A stretch of 62,943 nt of DNA, filler included, from Hausera hauseri (lineage: Eukaryota), in the NCBI GenBank assembly GCA_046269625.1. It is 11 parts of 11 records of this genome, joined end to end, with 100 filler letters (N's around TTAATTAATTAA, not from the genome) between each part and the next. Parts side by side here need not be neighbours in the genome. Positions count along the whole stretch, not along the records: positions 58,149 to 62,943 come from JBJURY010433805.1; 10 more parts are not named here. One strand, written 5' to 3'. The translations under genes and the position numbers were made by a program. The notes beneath the pieces are model-generated. The model saw only the letters and a list, made by a program, of their open reading frames with translations, was not told the origin of the DNA and searched no databases. Below, piece after piece: positions 62,624 to 62,943 of this stretch. The number at the start of each line of letters is the position of its first letter. The stretch's first letter is position 1.

Positions 62624-62943
62624 TTATTGTTGTTGTTGTTGGATTCGACGGAAATGAAGCGTTAGACTGGTTGTGGTACCGTACCTAAATTCGATAAAGT
62701 AGCCCGCATCACATCGGATATTCATTTCAACATTGTTTATAGATGTAGGTGCCACAGGTAGGTACATTGGATTATCGAGCTTGACAGTGACATTGTCGCC
62801 GGCAGTATACTTGCTGTTTTCCGGATAAATTGCTCGAAGTAGCAGTACATGTACTCCACCGAGCAGAATTGGTTCGGTGACGTTCACGTAAATGTACATT
62901 TGACTTAGTCCCGTTTTCAGTTTGGGTTTGAGTGTTGCAACAT
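62624..62943 (-). CDS. Polinton minor capsid (penton-like), C-terminal part
   Basis: MYIYVNVTEP..LGG...LLR...PMYLPV...IEF..G...LTLHFRR. Confidence 0.8.
   Translation of the reverse strand, partial: VATLKPKLKTGLSQMYIYVNVTEPILLGGVHVLLLRAIYPENSKYTAGDNVTVKLDNPMYLPVAPTSINNVEMNIRCDAGYFIEFRYGTTTSLTLHFRRIQQQQQ

Overview
The window is not one locus. It is 11 unrelated contigs (1-5605, 5706-10024, 10125-16293, 16394-25932, 26033-31605, 31706-36201, 36302-43640, 43741-49012, 49113-53768, 53869-58048, 58149-62943) joined by artificial 100-nt N44-TTAATTAATTAA-N44 linkers. The DNA is eukaryotic. Most of it looks like an AT-rich animal genome with many short introns of about 43-60 nt, carrying CYFIP, ALDH and PGM2 gene fragments; one contig (10125-16293) looks like teleost fish repeat DNA. 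Mobile elements dominate. Decayed Polinton/Maverick (adintovirus-like) pieces lie on five contigs and together give pPolB, rve integrase, packaging ATPase, major and minor capsid, adenain-like protease and core proteins. There are also three Gypsy-type LTR retroelements, a near-intact BEL/Pao pol, Tc1/mariner and hAT remnants and several minisatellites. The most notable observations are: (1) a TATA-binding-protein-like gene inside a Polinton, head-to-head with the ATPase across two back-to-back TATAAA boxes; (2) a 9,462-bp terminally redundant (circular or tandem) CsRn1-like Gypsy unit carrying about 3.7 kb of host-gene mosaic, including DDX6 fused to PP2A-A, between the PPT and gag; (3) a Gypsy element with a type-I membrane protein with FN3-like segments in frame with integrase at the env position; (4) a duplicated Cys/His domain upstream of pPolB; and (5) stacked alternative pPolB C-termini. 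All homology calls come from by-eye motif recognition, not database searches, and boundaries of decayed genes are approximate.
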